Shown: positions 42,546 to 52,369 of the stretch, in pieces
Numbering within the stretch: the stretch's first letter is position 1
Layout: every line of letters begins with the position of its first letter
Source: a virus
Lineage: Duplodnaviria; Caudoviricetes
Virus record (IMG/VR): IMGVR_UViG_3300027913_000117
Span: 5,750-69,749 of that record
Strand: one strand, 5' to 3'
DNA: 64,000 nt
Made by a program: the position numbers and the translations under genes
The notes under the pieces: model-generated
What the model saw: only the letters and a program-made list of their open reading frames with translations
What the model was told of the DNA's origin: nothing
Database searches by the model: none

Positions 42546-45353
42546 TTAAACTAAGCATGCACCACCAGCACAGGCTTGTTGATCGTTTAGATTTGTGTTG
42601 TCGTTTATCTCAACAATCTTAGTTACATCCAACTCGGTAACGTGTTTTAGTAGTTCCTCGTAGGTTTCTTTATCGATTGTTTCAAACGGGGTTTGTTTGT
42701 ATGAGCCAAGACTCTCAGGTAGGAACGAAAGTCCAGTGTATGAATCTCGATTGTTCCATAACCATTCACCTACTTCTTCCCATTCTGTTGGCTTTAATGT
42801 AACTGTTGCAGAAACATTGTGTGTATTTTTACCGTACACGTGACCAGGAGAGATCCAAGTTTCATGTAAGAACTTCACTCTTTCCAAAAAAGAAATGGCG
42901 GTCTCAGAACTCCTTGTAATCGCACCAACAGGAGCCTTGATAGGAACACTAACAACAGACTGAATACTAGGATACAATAAATCATCTTCTAGTAATTCAG
43001 GATGATAAATAGAAAGATAAGTATAGATTGCCTCATTCTTTCCAATACGCATTCTACGAACATAATACTCATCATGCCAAGCATGTACACCAGAAGAAGT
43101 TCCCAATACCATAGAAGATGTACCAGATGGCTTCACGGTGGTGATTCTTGCAGCAGGCATAATACCAAGTACCTCTGCTAAATCTTCATTTAGTTTCTTA
43201 GCTACTTTTGCTGCAGCTTGTAAGTCTAAATTCAAAACTTTGCCTGAAGCGATACCTGTCATACCAATACCCAACAACGCTTCTCTCTCAGTAGTTCTTT
43301 TCCATTCTGGTCTCAAGTAATGGAAGTCTGTATAAGAAGCCTGTATGGTTCCAATAAACGCTGCCGCCTTGATTCTTTCTTCTAAGTCTTTCTGGTCAAC
43401 AACATCAGAAGCATTTACTTCTACTAAATTACAGAACTGCATTGAGTTAAGTGATATTTCTCCACAGTTATGAGCAACAACACCCTCAACAACACCCCAG
43501 TGGGTATCGTCTTGTAAGTTAAAATCAAACACCTCTACTTCATCTCCATCTTTTATAGATTGAACAATGGGTGCTCTAGCTACTAACAACTCCTTTAAAG
43601 CAACCATTTTGTAGTTTTGCACAAAACCTATGTTTTCAAAGAACCATGCGATTTCGTTATATCTTCCGATATTGATGTCGTATGACTCTTTACAAGTATA
43701 GTTGCCATTAGAAAACTCAACTAGTTTTTCTTTATTTGTAGTGACGTAAGGATTTAACCCTAAGCCAATAAGAATAGATACTAACTGCTTTGCCAACTCT
43801 TTAGAGGTTGTTTTGTATGCGATTCTACTTGTTGTAATAACTGAACCGTTTGCCGAATACATACCTTTCAAGAAAGACTTTCTTTGTTCAATACTAAAGT
43901 CTGAGAAGTACTTTGGAAACTTTCTTGTTGGAAGAGGATTAGAGTCCATACCGAGCAAGGAAAGAATTTCATTGTATCCGTTAACATATTTTCTTCCGGT
44001 CTCAGAGTATCCAAATATTTCAGCAACATCTAAGTCGTTTTGCCCAAAATAAATCTCCATAGAGCGATGAGTTTCACTATCAAGCCTTCCAGTTGCACCA
44101 TCTCCTTGAATAAACCCATACTTGACGTACTCGTCTATTGTTTGGTTCGGTAGATAAAGAGGAGTTAGCCTCTTAGATTGTGTGTCTTTAGCTAAGCACT
44201 CTGATCCGTCTGGCAGCATAAACCGATGGTCTGGTGTGCACTTTATTTCTTTACCGTTAGATAATTTTAAAACCACCGTTTTCTTTACGCCATTAGACCA
44301 AACACTTCCTTCTACAACTTCTCCTTTTGCATTTATAAGAGATACTGGTCCCTCTAAAGATAATTCTCTAAAAGATTTGTATCCGCTTTCAGTCAACAGT
44401 CGCATGTCGCCTGTGAAACAAGGATTTGTGCCAAGTTCTAAATCGTTTGTGAAAAAGAATCCAGGTTCTCCACTGTTAGACAGCTCTACCTTCTTCCAAA
44501 GGTCTAAGAACTCTGACTTTTCAACACCGTCTCTTAACAATACAACACTATTGTTTGCGCGACCACGTTGTGGGTTTGTTTCGTACCATAAGCCAAACTT
44601 ACAGGTCAACATTTCTTCATCGTCTTTATCAAACAAGGCAATCATTGCTGATCTTCTGATACCCCCCGATAAAACAGCATCTGCAATATGACAAAGAATA
44701 TCATGACATTCTAATGACGTAAGTTTTTCTCCGTCTTTCTTTCTTTCAAAGATTGCTTCAATATGAGCCAAGCAGATACGCAATGGTTCTGGTCCTGGAG
44801 CAACACCTCCCGATGTAATTAAACGTTCACCTTTGGCTCTGATTGATCTAAAATCGAACAACGGTCTCCAAGAACTTAATCCCAAGTAAGACTTTACCAA
44901 CACCTTTACAGCATCAGCCCATCCTTCGATGTTGTCAGATACTAGATATTTCTTAGTTCTAATTGCTCTTTGAATAGTGGGTAACTTCTCGATGTGGTGT
45001 TTCTGAATAGAATATCCAACACCGGTTCCAGATAATAACAAGAACATTGTTTCGTTGAATGCTCTGTAGTCATCTATTGCTAAATAAGAACAGTTGTATT
45101 GACGAACTGGATTAACTTCGATAGGTAGTCCACCAAACTGTAGAGATCTCATCGAAGGAAGTACTTTTCTTTCAAATACAAATCGATACGTGTCCCTGAT
45201 TGCGCCCTCTAATTTAGGGAACTTTCGAATATGCATTTCCATATTTCGAGTTACTAACTCTTCCCAAGTTTCTCTTCTGTTTTTTTCTGGAAGAAATTTG
45301 GCGTACTTGGTCCACACCGTAATGTCTGAGAGTATTTTATGAGTCGATTCCAT
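42546..45353 (-). CDS. nrdJ: class II (adenosylcobalamin) ribonucleotide reductase, intein-containing
   Basis: VLPSMRSL, GTGVGYS, GGIRRSA, RANNS, GEPG, TNPC|GEI, FCNL, TTVKPSGT. Confidence 0.92.
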   Translation of the reverse strand: MESTHKILSDITVWTKYAKFLPEKNRRETWEELVTRNMEMHIRKFPKLEGAIRDTYRFVFERKVLPSMRSLQFGGLPIEVNPVRQYNCSYLAIDDYRAFNETMFLLLSGTGVGYSIQKHHIEKLPTIQRAIRTKKYLVSDNIEGWADAVKVLVKSYLGLSSWRPLFDFRSIRAKGERLITSGGVAPGPEPLRICLAHIEAIFERKKDGEKLTSLECHDILCHIADAVLSGGIRRSAMIALFDKDDEEMLTCKFGLWYETNPQRGRANNSVVLLRDGVEKSEFLDLWKKVELSNSGEPGFFFTNDLELGTNPCFTGDMRLLTESGYKSFRELSLEGPVSLINAKGEVVEGSVWSNGVKKTVVLKLSNGKEIKCTPDHRFMLPDGSECLAKDTQSKRLTPLYLPNQTIDEYVKYGFIQGDGATGRLDSETHRSMEIYFGQNDLDVAEIFGYSETGRKYVNGYNEILSLLGMDSNPLPTRKFPKYFSDFSIEQRKSFLKGMYSANGSVITTSRIAYKTTSKELAKQLVSILIGLGLNPYVTTNKEKLVEFSNGNYTCKESYDINIGRYNEIAWFFENIGFVQNYKMVALKELLVARAPIVQSIKDGDEVEVFDFNLQDDTHWGVVEGVVAHNCGEISLNSMQFCNLVEVNASDVVDQKDLEERIKAAAFIGTIQASYTDFHYLRPEWKRTTEREALLGIGMTGIASGKVLNLDLQAAAKVAKKLNEDLAEVLGIMPAARITTVKPSGTSSMVLGTSSGVHAWHDEYYVRRMRIGKNEAIYTYLSIYHPELLEDDLLYPSIQSVVSVPIKAPVGAITRSSETAISFLERVKFLHETWISPGHVYGKNTHNVSATVTLKPTEWEEVGEWLWNNRDSYTGLSFLPESLGSYKQTPFETIDKETYEELLKHVTELDVTKIVEINDNTNLNDQQACAGGACLV
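43467..44420 (-). mobile_element. intein (318 aa) with LAGLIDADG-type homing endonuclease
   Basis: Starts CFTGDMRLLT, ends VVAHN, +1 residue Cys; YGFIQGDG and FLKGMYSANG blocks. Confidence 0.92.
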
Positions 45354-45361
45354 TGTTCTGA

Positions 45362-45766
45362 TTAAAACTTCTTTCCGTGTTTGTGCCCGCGTGTAGAGTT
45401 GTAGTGCATCTTTAATTTAATGTGTCTCTCTAAGTCAATTCCCAATCCTCCAGCTAGATCTGCAAGACGAATAAGAGTGTCTGCAATCTCGTCTTCGAAT
45501 GTGTTCTTCACTTCTTTCTCGAATGTTTCTTTCCACTGACCCGGGTTGAAGTTAAACTCATCATCTCCTACAGCGAGCTCCAAGTCGTGATAAAGGTCTT
45601 TTACTACATGGACCGGTGCGTACTGATCTTTTCTCAATGCTTCCAATGCTTCAGATAATTCGCTGACAATAAGCATGAGCATCTCTGGTTTGTTACGCTC
45701 TTCTTCCCAAAAGCCGTTAGCGGCTGCCATTTTGTGTGATTTTTTCACTAATTCTTTAATTTTCAT
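45362..45766 (-). CDS. MazG-like NTP pyrophosphohydrolase
   Basis: LIVSELSEALEA...EDEIADTLIRLAD. Confidence 0.8.
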   Translation of the reverse strand: MKIKELVKKSHKMAAANGFWEEERNKPEMLMLIVSELSEALEALRKDQYAPVHVVKDLYHDLELAVGDDEFNFNPGQWKETFEKEVKNTFEDEIADTLIRLADLAGGLGIDLERHIKLKMHYNSTRGHKHGKKF

Positions 45767-45773
45767 AATGTAT

Positions 45774-47657
45774 TTAAAATAATGTTAATTGTGTTGGTTC
45801 AAGTTCGTTTATGATTTCGTTACAGCTGGATATAAAGTATTGATAGTCAATCTTATAATCTTCAATAGGCTTGTCTTTAAATACATTAAAGACCTGAGTA
45901 GCCCAACCAGATAGTAACTCAATATTTCTTCCATCTCCACAAACTTTAACAGCGGTCCCTCCGGAAGAAGTTGTAGGATAGTAGCGAAGTATTTTACCAA
46001 AGTCTTCATAATGAAATACAGTGTCATCTCCCACTTTTTTAGTAGTGTTGTATCTTGCATGCCATCCTTTAGTGGCCTTGTATCTACCGCAGAAATCATA
46101 AATATTTGTATTGTTTTTAAGTGTTTGCTCTACAGGAATGCCCTTCACAAAGTAGGCTTCTAATGCTTTAGGTATAGCCATGAAGCTGTTGTTCTGATGC
46201 CATTCGCGAGAGGTTACAAATTTACCTTTTTTCTTGCACTTATCCAAATCTTTATACACAGCAATATAGTTGTTCACGTCTGCTATAATCATCTTCTCGT
46301 AGTACGCGTATTCAAGAATCAACTTGGTACGCTGCATGAATTTTTCCGAAATTTGCATGCACTTATTTTCTGAACTCTTTGGTATTCTGATAGTTAGACC
46401 ATCGGTGTTGATTTGTAGTAATTCACAACCCGGAAGAAAATCCATAAATGCTTCAGCCAACATAGCTAATAACAACTGACCGTTTACTGTGATTTTGTAG
46501 AAATAATATCTGTCGTGGAATGGGCTTGTTTCTTCTCCTGTTTTACCAAAGACTCCATTAAGTGCTAATTTTAATCCGGCTTGTTCATCGTCTTTACCTT
46601 CCTTTTGTTTCTGTACGCGCTCATCGAAGATCATTTTGTATGTGTCAATGAATACGTCCTTAGGTATGTGACCTGGATGAAATCCGTTTTGAATTGCTAG
46701 GTTGGGGTAATAACTCTTTACGTCAATGTCGATAATCATTTTGTCTTCACTGGTGTCATATATTCCCGATGGTACACAACCGTGTATTCCTCCTTCACCA
46801 AAATCAATTTGAAATCCTTTATATCTTACGCTTTGTTTGAATCTGACACCCCCACCAATTATGGTATTCTTGACATCAAACAGAAGTTTCTTAAACTCTG
46901 CAGAATTATATTTAATGTAAGGTAGAACACAATGGTCCAGTCTTATCTTTTTATGATGTACTACTTTCTCTTTTAGTTCCTTTCTTCCCAAACCAGAAGT
47001 CTTCTTGATATAGTGCAAAAAGATCTCTTCTCCGATAGCTACGTCAGACTTGTTTGTGAAATCCTTTCTGTATGTCTTGGAGAATACTTCGCGCACCTTC
47101 AAAGCCTTTTGATTTAAGTCGTAGAATCTTCTGGTTGACAACACATCGTTAAGGTTGTACTCCAGAACTAAATCGATTTCTGAGGCATCTACGTGACGAT
47201 CGTGACTGAAGGGTATGTCTTGTACGTTATGCCAATAGATAGAGCATTGTAGGGCTTTTAATGACGTAGAACGAGCCTTGTTGTTGAAGTGATTCAGTAG
47301 GAATAAATCGATCTGAGGATGTAGTCGTTTAATATATATTGGCTCATCCGAATTCAACATGCGTTGCACAAAGCGGTGAATGTCTCTACAAATATCGGGG
47401 GGACTCAGAACCGAAAGCCTCTTACGTTCATTAAACATATAAGCCAGTACGACAGAGTCAAATCGTTCGTTATTAAATCCTACTTGTTCTAATGGCTCTA
47501 GAAGATATTCCATCAGCGCATCGAAATCATTTCTGCTTTCATGAATTACAAATACGTTAACAACACCGTCTTTATCGATATCTGTATATGTGAATAGATT
47601 CACCAATGTTTCGATGTCGTAAACAACTGTTTTGATTTTGTCGGTCTTGTACATCAT
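45774..47657 (-). CDS. DNA polymerase family B with 3'-5' exonuclease
   Basis: YDIE (ExoI), GFNN..FD, DIDVKSYYP, KLALNG.FG, NTDG. Confidence 0.88.
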   Translation of the reverse strand: MMYKTDKIKTVVYDIETLVNLFTYTDIDKDGVVNVFVIHESRNDFDALMEYLLEPLEQVGFNNERFDSVVLAYMFNERKRLSVLSPPDICRDIHRFVQRMLNSDEPIYIKRLHPQIDLFLLNHFNNKARSTSLKALQCSIYWHNVQDIPFSHDRHVDASEIDLVLEYNLNDVLSTRRFYDLNQKALKVREVFSKTYRKDFTNKSDVAIGEEIFLHYIKKTSGLGRKELKEKVVHHKKIRLDHCVLPYIKYNSAEFKKLLFDVKNTIIGGGVRFKQSVRYKGFQIDFGEGGIHGCVPSGIYDTSEDKMIIDIDVKSYYPNLAIQNGFHPGHIPKDVFIDTYKMIFDERVQKQKEGKDDEQAGLKLALNGVFGKTGEETSPFHDRYYFYKITVNGQLLLAMLAEAFMDFLPGCELLQINTDGLTIRIPKSSENKCMQISEKFMQRTKLILEYAYYEKMIIADVNNYIAVYKDLDKCKKKGKFVTSREWHQNNSFMAIPKALEAYFVKGIPVEQTLKNNTNIYDFCGRYKATKGWHARYNTTKKVGDDTVFHYEDFGKILRYYPTTSSGGTAVKVCGDGRNIELLSGWATQVFNVFKDKPIEDYKIDYQYFISSCNEIINELEPTQLTLF

Positions 47658-47989
47658 GGCTTATTTATTAGTTTATCATACTTACTTATTACAAAATAGA
47701 AATCTGTTACGACTAAAACAGATCCGTCAGGTTGATTGATCTTCTTGTAGTAGATCTTTAACGCTTCGTCGTACATCCATCCAATACTTGTGTACGTAAT
47801 TGGTCCGTACAAATCTTCAATCTTGATATAATCAAACCCCTCTGTTATTACTGTTATGTCAGGGTTGCTCTTCATGTACGGTCTGGCTAGGTTAAGATGT
47901 AGAGGACTAAGTTCTATCTTCTCTACGATGTGTTCTTGTCTTACAAGTTTAGTTGTTCTCCACAACTTACTTAAAAGTGCGTTACTCAT
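47654..47989 (-). CDS. hypothetical protein
   Basis: 111 aa, ATGA overlap with pol. Confidence 0.65.
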   Translation of the reverse strand: MSNALLSKLWRTTKLVRQEHIVEKIELSPLHLNLARPYMKSNPDITVITEGFDYIKIEDLYGPITYTSIGWMYDEALKIYYKKINQPDGSVLVVTDFYFVISKYDKLINKP

Positions 47990-47996
47990 ATTGTGC

Positions 47997-49682
47997 TTAT
48001 AATAGGGTCGATTGTCTAAATATTACATCTACTAAGTTATCAAATTCTCCGGTTTCAGAATATCTTCCTGTGGTGGGATCAAAGTAGTATTCGGTAGATC
48101 CTAACTTACCACGGAAGTGATACTTTACTTTCTGAACGTAGAGTTGAATGGGTGCTTCTCCGTACTCAGCGTTAAACTTCCTGTGAAGTGCTACACCTAC
48201 GTCTGTGGCATTAAAGAAGTGAGAAGACTGTGCTATGTCATAAAGAGTTGGTATCTTGTATTCTCCGTTGTGCTTTTCCATCTTACGAGGATGTGCAATC
48301 AGTGTAACGTTTATGTTGTGACGCACCGCGAACTTTTTTAAGGTTCTGAGTAACTCCCCTATGTTTTCATGTTGGGTTTCTTTTGTTCCGTCTAGTTCCA
48401 GATAGTTGAAAGGATCCAAACAAAGACAATCGATACCGTATCTTTTGATCATGGTTTTAGCCAAGTCTAAGATGTGGCTAATCTTGAAGTTCTCCATCTC
48501 CTGTATGTTAAAGAAGTAGAAGTGTTTTTGAATAAATCCTAAAGCCATGTCTCTGAGATCAGAGTTGATACTACCCATCGGTCTTCCCAAGAACTGCTCA
48601 ACCATACGCGTAATCTTTAAACTTGGCTCATTCTCTGGAGAGAAGACCGCTATCTTCCAGTTACCGGTTATAGCCAGCCTGAGATAGACGTAATCAATCC
48701 AAGTACTTTTACCCGCACCGGGCACTGCTGTGATCGTAACCAACTCTCCTCTATTCCAAGTAATTAGTTTATCTGTCTCAGACAATCCAATAGTGTCTCC
48801 AACAGGATAACCTTCTTCAAAATAGTTAGCAATTGTCTCTACGAAATCTGAAACCTCTGCTATCTCTTTGATAGGTAAAGGTTTAGCGTTATCAAATAAC
48901 TCAGCAACTGCTTGTTCTCCATGTGCTTTAAGTACGTCATTGGAATCCTTACATCCTTCGGGAAACTCAACGATATAAACCTGATCGGCTTCAAACCTTC
49001 TAGCCAGATCTTCTCTTAGTTTCTTACCGGGTTCGTCATTGTCTGTAGCTAAAACAATCTTCTTGTTCTCGAAGTATGTGTAGGTTGTATCCAACCATTC
49101 TAAATTATTGTTGGTTTTACTGGCTCCATTAGGACAACTCACAGCGTAAGGATGTCCACACTGATGCCAAACCATCGCTTCTTCTTCTCCTTCGCAGATA
49201 ATAACTACGTCAGAGTCTTTAATTGAATTAAGGTTATAGGGTATCTTTCTTGCACCCGTAACCATTTTAAACTTCTTATCTGAAGTCTTGAATTTTATAT
49301 TGACCAATCGGTCATCCTGGTAATAGTTGAAACAAATAACCTTGTAGTATTTGCCATCTTGTGGCATCAACTCGTTTCCTTGAGTTACCCGGAAGTGCTC
49401 GACTGTGTCAAGACTGATCCCCCGGGACTCAAAGTATTTGCCTACTTTACCATCAGGGCCCTCGTTACGTGGTTCTGGTACGTTATATTGTTTCGCAGCA
49501 GCAGAACCGTGCCAATCACAGTGATGACACTTATACAATCCTGTGTCTATGTTTACAGACAACGAAGGATCGCCTTGCTTTTTCCTAGTGTGTGCACACT
49601 TAGGACAAGTAGTTTTGATTAAGCCAGAGAAGTGGTTCTTAAGGTCAATCTGTAATGCTTTTAGTTCTGAATAGTAACTCAT
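47997..49682 (-). CDS. T7 gp4/Twinkle-like primase-helicase
   Basis: CPKC...CHHC zinc finger, TOPRIM ICEGEEE and TDNDEPG, Walker A AVPGAGKS, Walker B LCLDP. Confidence 0.9.
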   Translation of the reverse strand: MSYYSELKALQIDLKNHFSGLIKTTCPKCAHTRKKQGDPSLSVNIDTGLYKCHHCDWHGSAAAKQYNVPEPRNEGPDGKVGKYFESRGISLDTVEHFRVTQGNELMPQDGKYYKVICFNYYQDDRLVNIKFKTSDKKFKMVTGARKIPYNLNSIKDSDVVIICEGEEEAMVWHQCGHPYAVSCPNGASKTNNNLEWLDTTYTYFENKKIVLATDNDEPGKKLREDLARRFEADQVYIVEFPEGCKDSNDVLKAHGEQAVAELFDNAKPLPIKEIAEVSDFVETIANYFEEGYPVGDTIGLSETDKLITWNRGELVTITAVPGAGKSTWIDYVYLRLAITGNWKIAVFSPENEPSLKITRMVEQFLGRPMGSINSDLRDMALGFIQKHFYFFNIQEMENFKISHILDLAKTMIKRYGIDCLCLDPFNYLELDGTKETQHENIGELLRTLKKFAVRHNINVTLIAHPRKMEKHNGEYKIPTLYDIAQSSHFFNATDVGVALHRKFNAEYGEAPIQLYVQKVKYHFRGKLGSTEYYFDPTTGRYSETGEFDNLVDVIFRQSTLL

Positions 49683-49690
49683 CTTAATTA

Positions 49691-50002
49691 TTAATTATAA
49701 ATGCGGGCTTTCTTTTCCCATTCTCTAAACTGCTTTGTGGCAGCCTTCCAATTCTTCATTTTATTCTTCCCAACCATCCAACCTTTTGATTCATAGAAAC
49801 TTACAAACTGATCAGCGTATTTATCCGGATGACTATAGCCTTGTTCTTTAAGATAGATTGCTACTTCCTTAACTCCCGGAGGAACAAACTTCTTGGTTCT
49901 CTTTTTCATTTCAGTAACTAGCTCTACAAGTTTGGCTTTATCCTCTGCAGGAATGTTAAACCTGTAAACAATTTTGCTTATATGAATTAATAATTCTTCC
50001 AT
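49691..50002 (-). CDS. phage replication-initiator C-terminal-like domain protein
   Basis: F..FYESKGWMVGKNKMKNWKAA motif common at the C-termini of phage replisome organisers; adjacent to helicase. Confidence 0.55.
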   Translation of the reverse strand: MEELLIHISKIVYRFNIPAEDKAKLVELVTEMKKRTKKFVPPGVKEVAIYLKEQGYSHPDKYADQFVSFYESKGWMVGKNKMKNWKAATKQFREWEKKARIYN

Positions 50003-50003
50003 C

Positions 50004-50690
50004 TTATTTATATATGTCGTTGGTGATTATCTTTTTAATTGTGGTTTGATTGAACTGACCGCCTTTCTTTCCCTTGATTCCTTCAGAGTTAAGTGCGTTT
50101 GCGATTGCGAAGTATGACTTACCGGAAGATCTCATGTCAAATATACGCTTCACAATAACCATCTCCCCGGTGTCAGGAACAAGGTCGTCTCCTTGCTTGT
50201 TAAATCCTAGCGGTGTTGGTCCACAATAGACTTTCTTCTTATCCTTGAGATGACCCATTACAGATGTAATTAAGTCAGAACGTTGATTAGATTCAAACTC
50301 TGCAAAGGCCGCTACCATCTGCATCATCAACTTACCATGAGAGGTTGACGTATCTGCTTGAAAGTCTTGAGTATAGAAAGATACTCCGTTCTTCTCAAGG
50401 TATTCTATCCATTTAAGAGTGTCTTTTAAGTTACGACCGAAACGAGAAAGAGAGTAGACAACAACAACATCTATCTCTTTATTCTTCGCCAAATCCATCA
50501 TCTTCATGAAGTTTTGGCGGTTTTCAAACTTACGCCCTGAGATACCGGCATCACTCAAACGAGCCACGATATCGTACTCATTGTATTTACAAAACGCATC
50601 TAACTTTTCAGACTGGTTTTCAAGAGAGGATCCGTCCTCTACTTGGTTTGTATGTGATACTCTTGTGTATATTGCTGCTCTCTTTTTCAT
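50004..50690 (-). CDS. serine recombinase (resolvase catalytic domain plus short recombinase domain)
   Basis: AIYTRVS..Q...SLENQ, DAGISG, R.NF..M, VYSLSRFGRN, AAFAEFE, G..PLGF. Confidence 0.9.
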   Translation of the reverse strand: MKKRAAIYTRVSHTNQVEDGSSLENQSEKLDAFCKYNEYDIVARLSDAGISGRKFENRQNFMKMMDLAKNKEIDVVVVYSLSRFGRNLKDTLKWIEYLEKNGVSFYTQDFQADTSTSHGKLMMQMVAAFAEFESNQRSDLITSVMGHLKDKKKVYCGPTPLGFNKQGDDLVPDTGEMVIVKRIFDMRSSGKSYFAIANALNSEGIKGKKGGQFNQTTIKKIITNDIYK

Positions 50691-50700
50691 TTACTTAAAC

Positions 50701-51012
50701 TTAAAAGTGTATTGTTGGGAGACATGATTTATAAAACCAATCCAATATTAACAAAAAGCCTCCATGAGTTATGATAAGCATTAAGATTGCAATAACATCC
50801 AATATCCTGGATTCTCTTTCGTATTGTGCTTTTGGTTTTCTTTTTAGTCCCCGTGTTGCTCTGGCTTCGTCTTGAATTTGTAATTCATCAAACTCGTCCA
50901 TTGTGAAACACATTTTCTTTGTTCTTACAACAGTGTAAGGTTGTGTGTAAGGTGAACCAAATGTTTCCCATTTTGTTCTCCAGTTGTTAATCTTCATTTT
51001 TAAATTCTTCAT
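50701..51012 (-). CDS. hypothetical protein with C-terminal TM helix
   Basis: 103 aa. Confidence 0.55.
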   Translation of the reverse strand: MKNLKMKINNWRTKWETFGSPYTQPYTVVRTKKMCFTMDEFDELQIQDEARATRGLKRKPKAQYERESRILDVIAILMLIITHGGFLLILDWFYKSCLPTIHF

Positions 51013-51040
51013 TTGTGTTTTTTTGGAGTATGAGGCCCCG

Positions 51041-51265
51041 TTAAGTTTTGATGACCCCGGTTAGAATAAAGAAGTCGTAAATCTCGCCTTCTATTTTGTC
51101 ATGTATGATTCTGATTGCAGAACCCGGTGTGAGTATAACTTCTTCGAAACCAAGAATGTAACCTCCTTCTTTGAGTTCAAACAGTTGGCAATCTGCTTCT
51201 ACACAACCAAGGAAGTCACATGTTTCTTGAATATTGTGACCGTCGAAATAATGTAGTCTATTCAT
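51041..51265 (-). CDS. hypothetical protein
   Basis: 74 aa in tightly packed operon. Confidence 0.65.
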   Translation of the reverse strand: MNRLHYFDGHNIQETCDFLGCVEADCQLFELKEGGYILGFEEVILTPGSAIRIIHDKIEGEIYDFFILTGVIKT

Positions 51266-51470
51266 TTATCTTGTTTTCAATTATGTCGTACAAATTATCA
51301 ATGTTATCCTCAAGATGTTGGAGCCTAACCTCTGCATCAACAACTCTGTCGAAATTTTGGTGGGGGTCTCCGATCGGAATAATCCTGATATTAGCCCTCT
51401 GAGTAACATTAACACTATAATGATTAAGACCATCATAGTAAGAGGTACGATAAAATGTATGATTTGACAT
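51258..51470 (-). CDS. hypothetical protein
   Basis: 70 aa. Confidence 0.6.
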   Translation of the reverse strand: MSNHTFYRTSYYDGLNHYSVNVTQRANIRIIPIGDPHQNFDRVVDAEVRLQHLEDNIDNLYDIIENKINE

Positions 51471-51497
51471 AATAAATAACGTAATTGAGAAACAAAG

Positions 51498-51719
51498 TTA
51501 ACTATTATTTTCCGGTTCTACAATCCCTTCTTCAACAATTTCTGGATTTTCTTTTAAGTACCTTTGCCTGGCTACAATTAAAACAATCAGTTTTCTTTCT
51601 CTGAAGGATAACGTAGATTTGTTATCCAAGATCTTTTCGTACTCTCCGTCAAGTGTTGCATCCGGTCCAAGCTTTTCAGCAATTGAACGCATGGTTAATG
51701 TGATTTGTTTATCTGTCAT
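51498..51719 (-). CDS. hypothetical protein
   Basis: 73 aa. Confidence 0.65.
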   Translation of the reverse strand: MTDKQITLTMRSIAEKLGPDATLDGEYEKILDNKSTLSFRERKLIVLIVARQRYLKENPEIVEEGIVEPENNS

Positions 51720-52369
51720 AAATTTACAATGGGAATAATCATTCTAAGTGTGTGCTCAAATGGATTGCCTTCGATGTTGTAAACCAATCTATACATTTCC
51801 CAAGCAATATTTTGAATCTCAACCTGTGCGTGTTCTGATCCTCTGAGTTTCAAGAAGTTAGCAAAACTACGCATATTAAATTGAACATCAGCTGTAATCT
51901 GTGAGTTATACGTCTTAAAGAATCGAGCAGACTCTTTTGCACGTTTACGCCCAAGGATAGGGGTAAGTTCTTCAAGGCATTTATGGTACAATTTATCTGC
52001 TCTCTTAGTATGAGTAAATAAAATATGTGACCATTCGTCTTCAACTTCTGAGGTTTTAATACCATTCCAGTCTTCAGGTATATAAAACTTATCTTCCTTC
52101 AACTCTTTGTAACGAGCTGACTCTGCATTGATACTTGCTATACGATGTTTTAAAAGATGAATATGCGACGCGATGTCACACGTAACCAAGAAGTGAACGC
52201 TACCTTTCTCAAATGGAGTTTCGTGTCCTTCTGTCCACAACATCTCAATTAATTTTGGAATGCGTGCTTTCTTTTCTTCTGTAAGCTCTCTGTTTGTAGA
52301 AGTCCAAGCCGATTGGGCAATCACCCTATCCGACCCATAAAATCCTATAAGTTCTACTGTGTTCTTCAT
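51716..52369 (-). CDS. thyX: flavin-dependent thymidylate synthase
   Basis: GHETPFE, HLLKHRIASINAESARY, NMRSF.NFLKLR...HAQ.EI. Confidence 0.92.
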   Translation of the reverse strand: MKNTVELIGFYGSDRVIAQSAWTSTNRELTEEKKARIPKLIEMLWTEGHETPFEKGSVHFLVTCDIASHIHLLKHRIASINAESARYKELKEDKFYIPEDWNGIKTSEVEDEWSHILFTHTKRADKLYHKCLEELTPILGRKRAKESARFFKTYNSQITADVQFNMRSFANFLKLRGSEHAQVEIQNIAWEMYRLVYNIEGNPFEHTLRMIIPIVNL

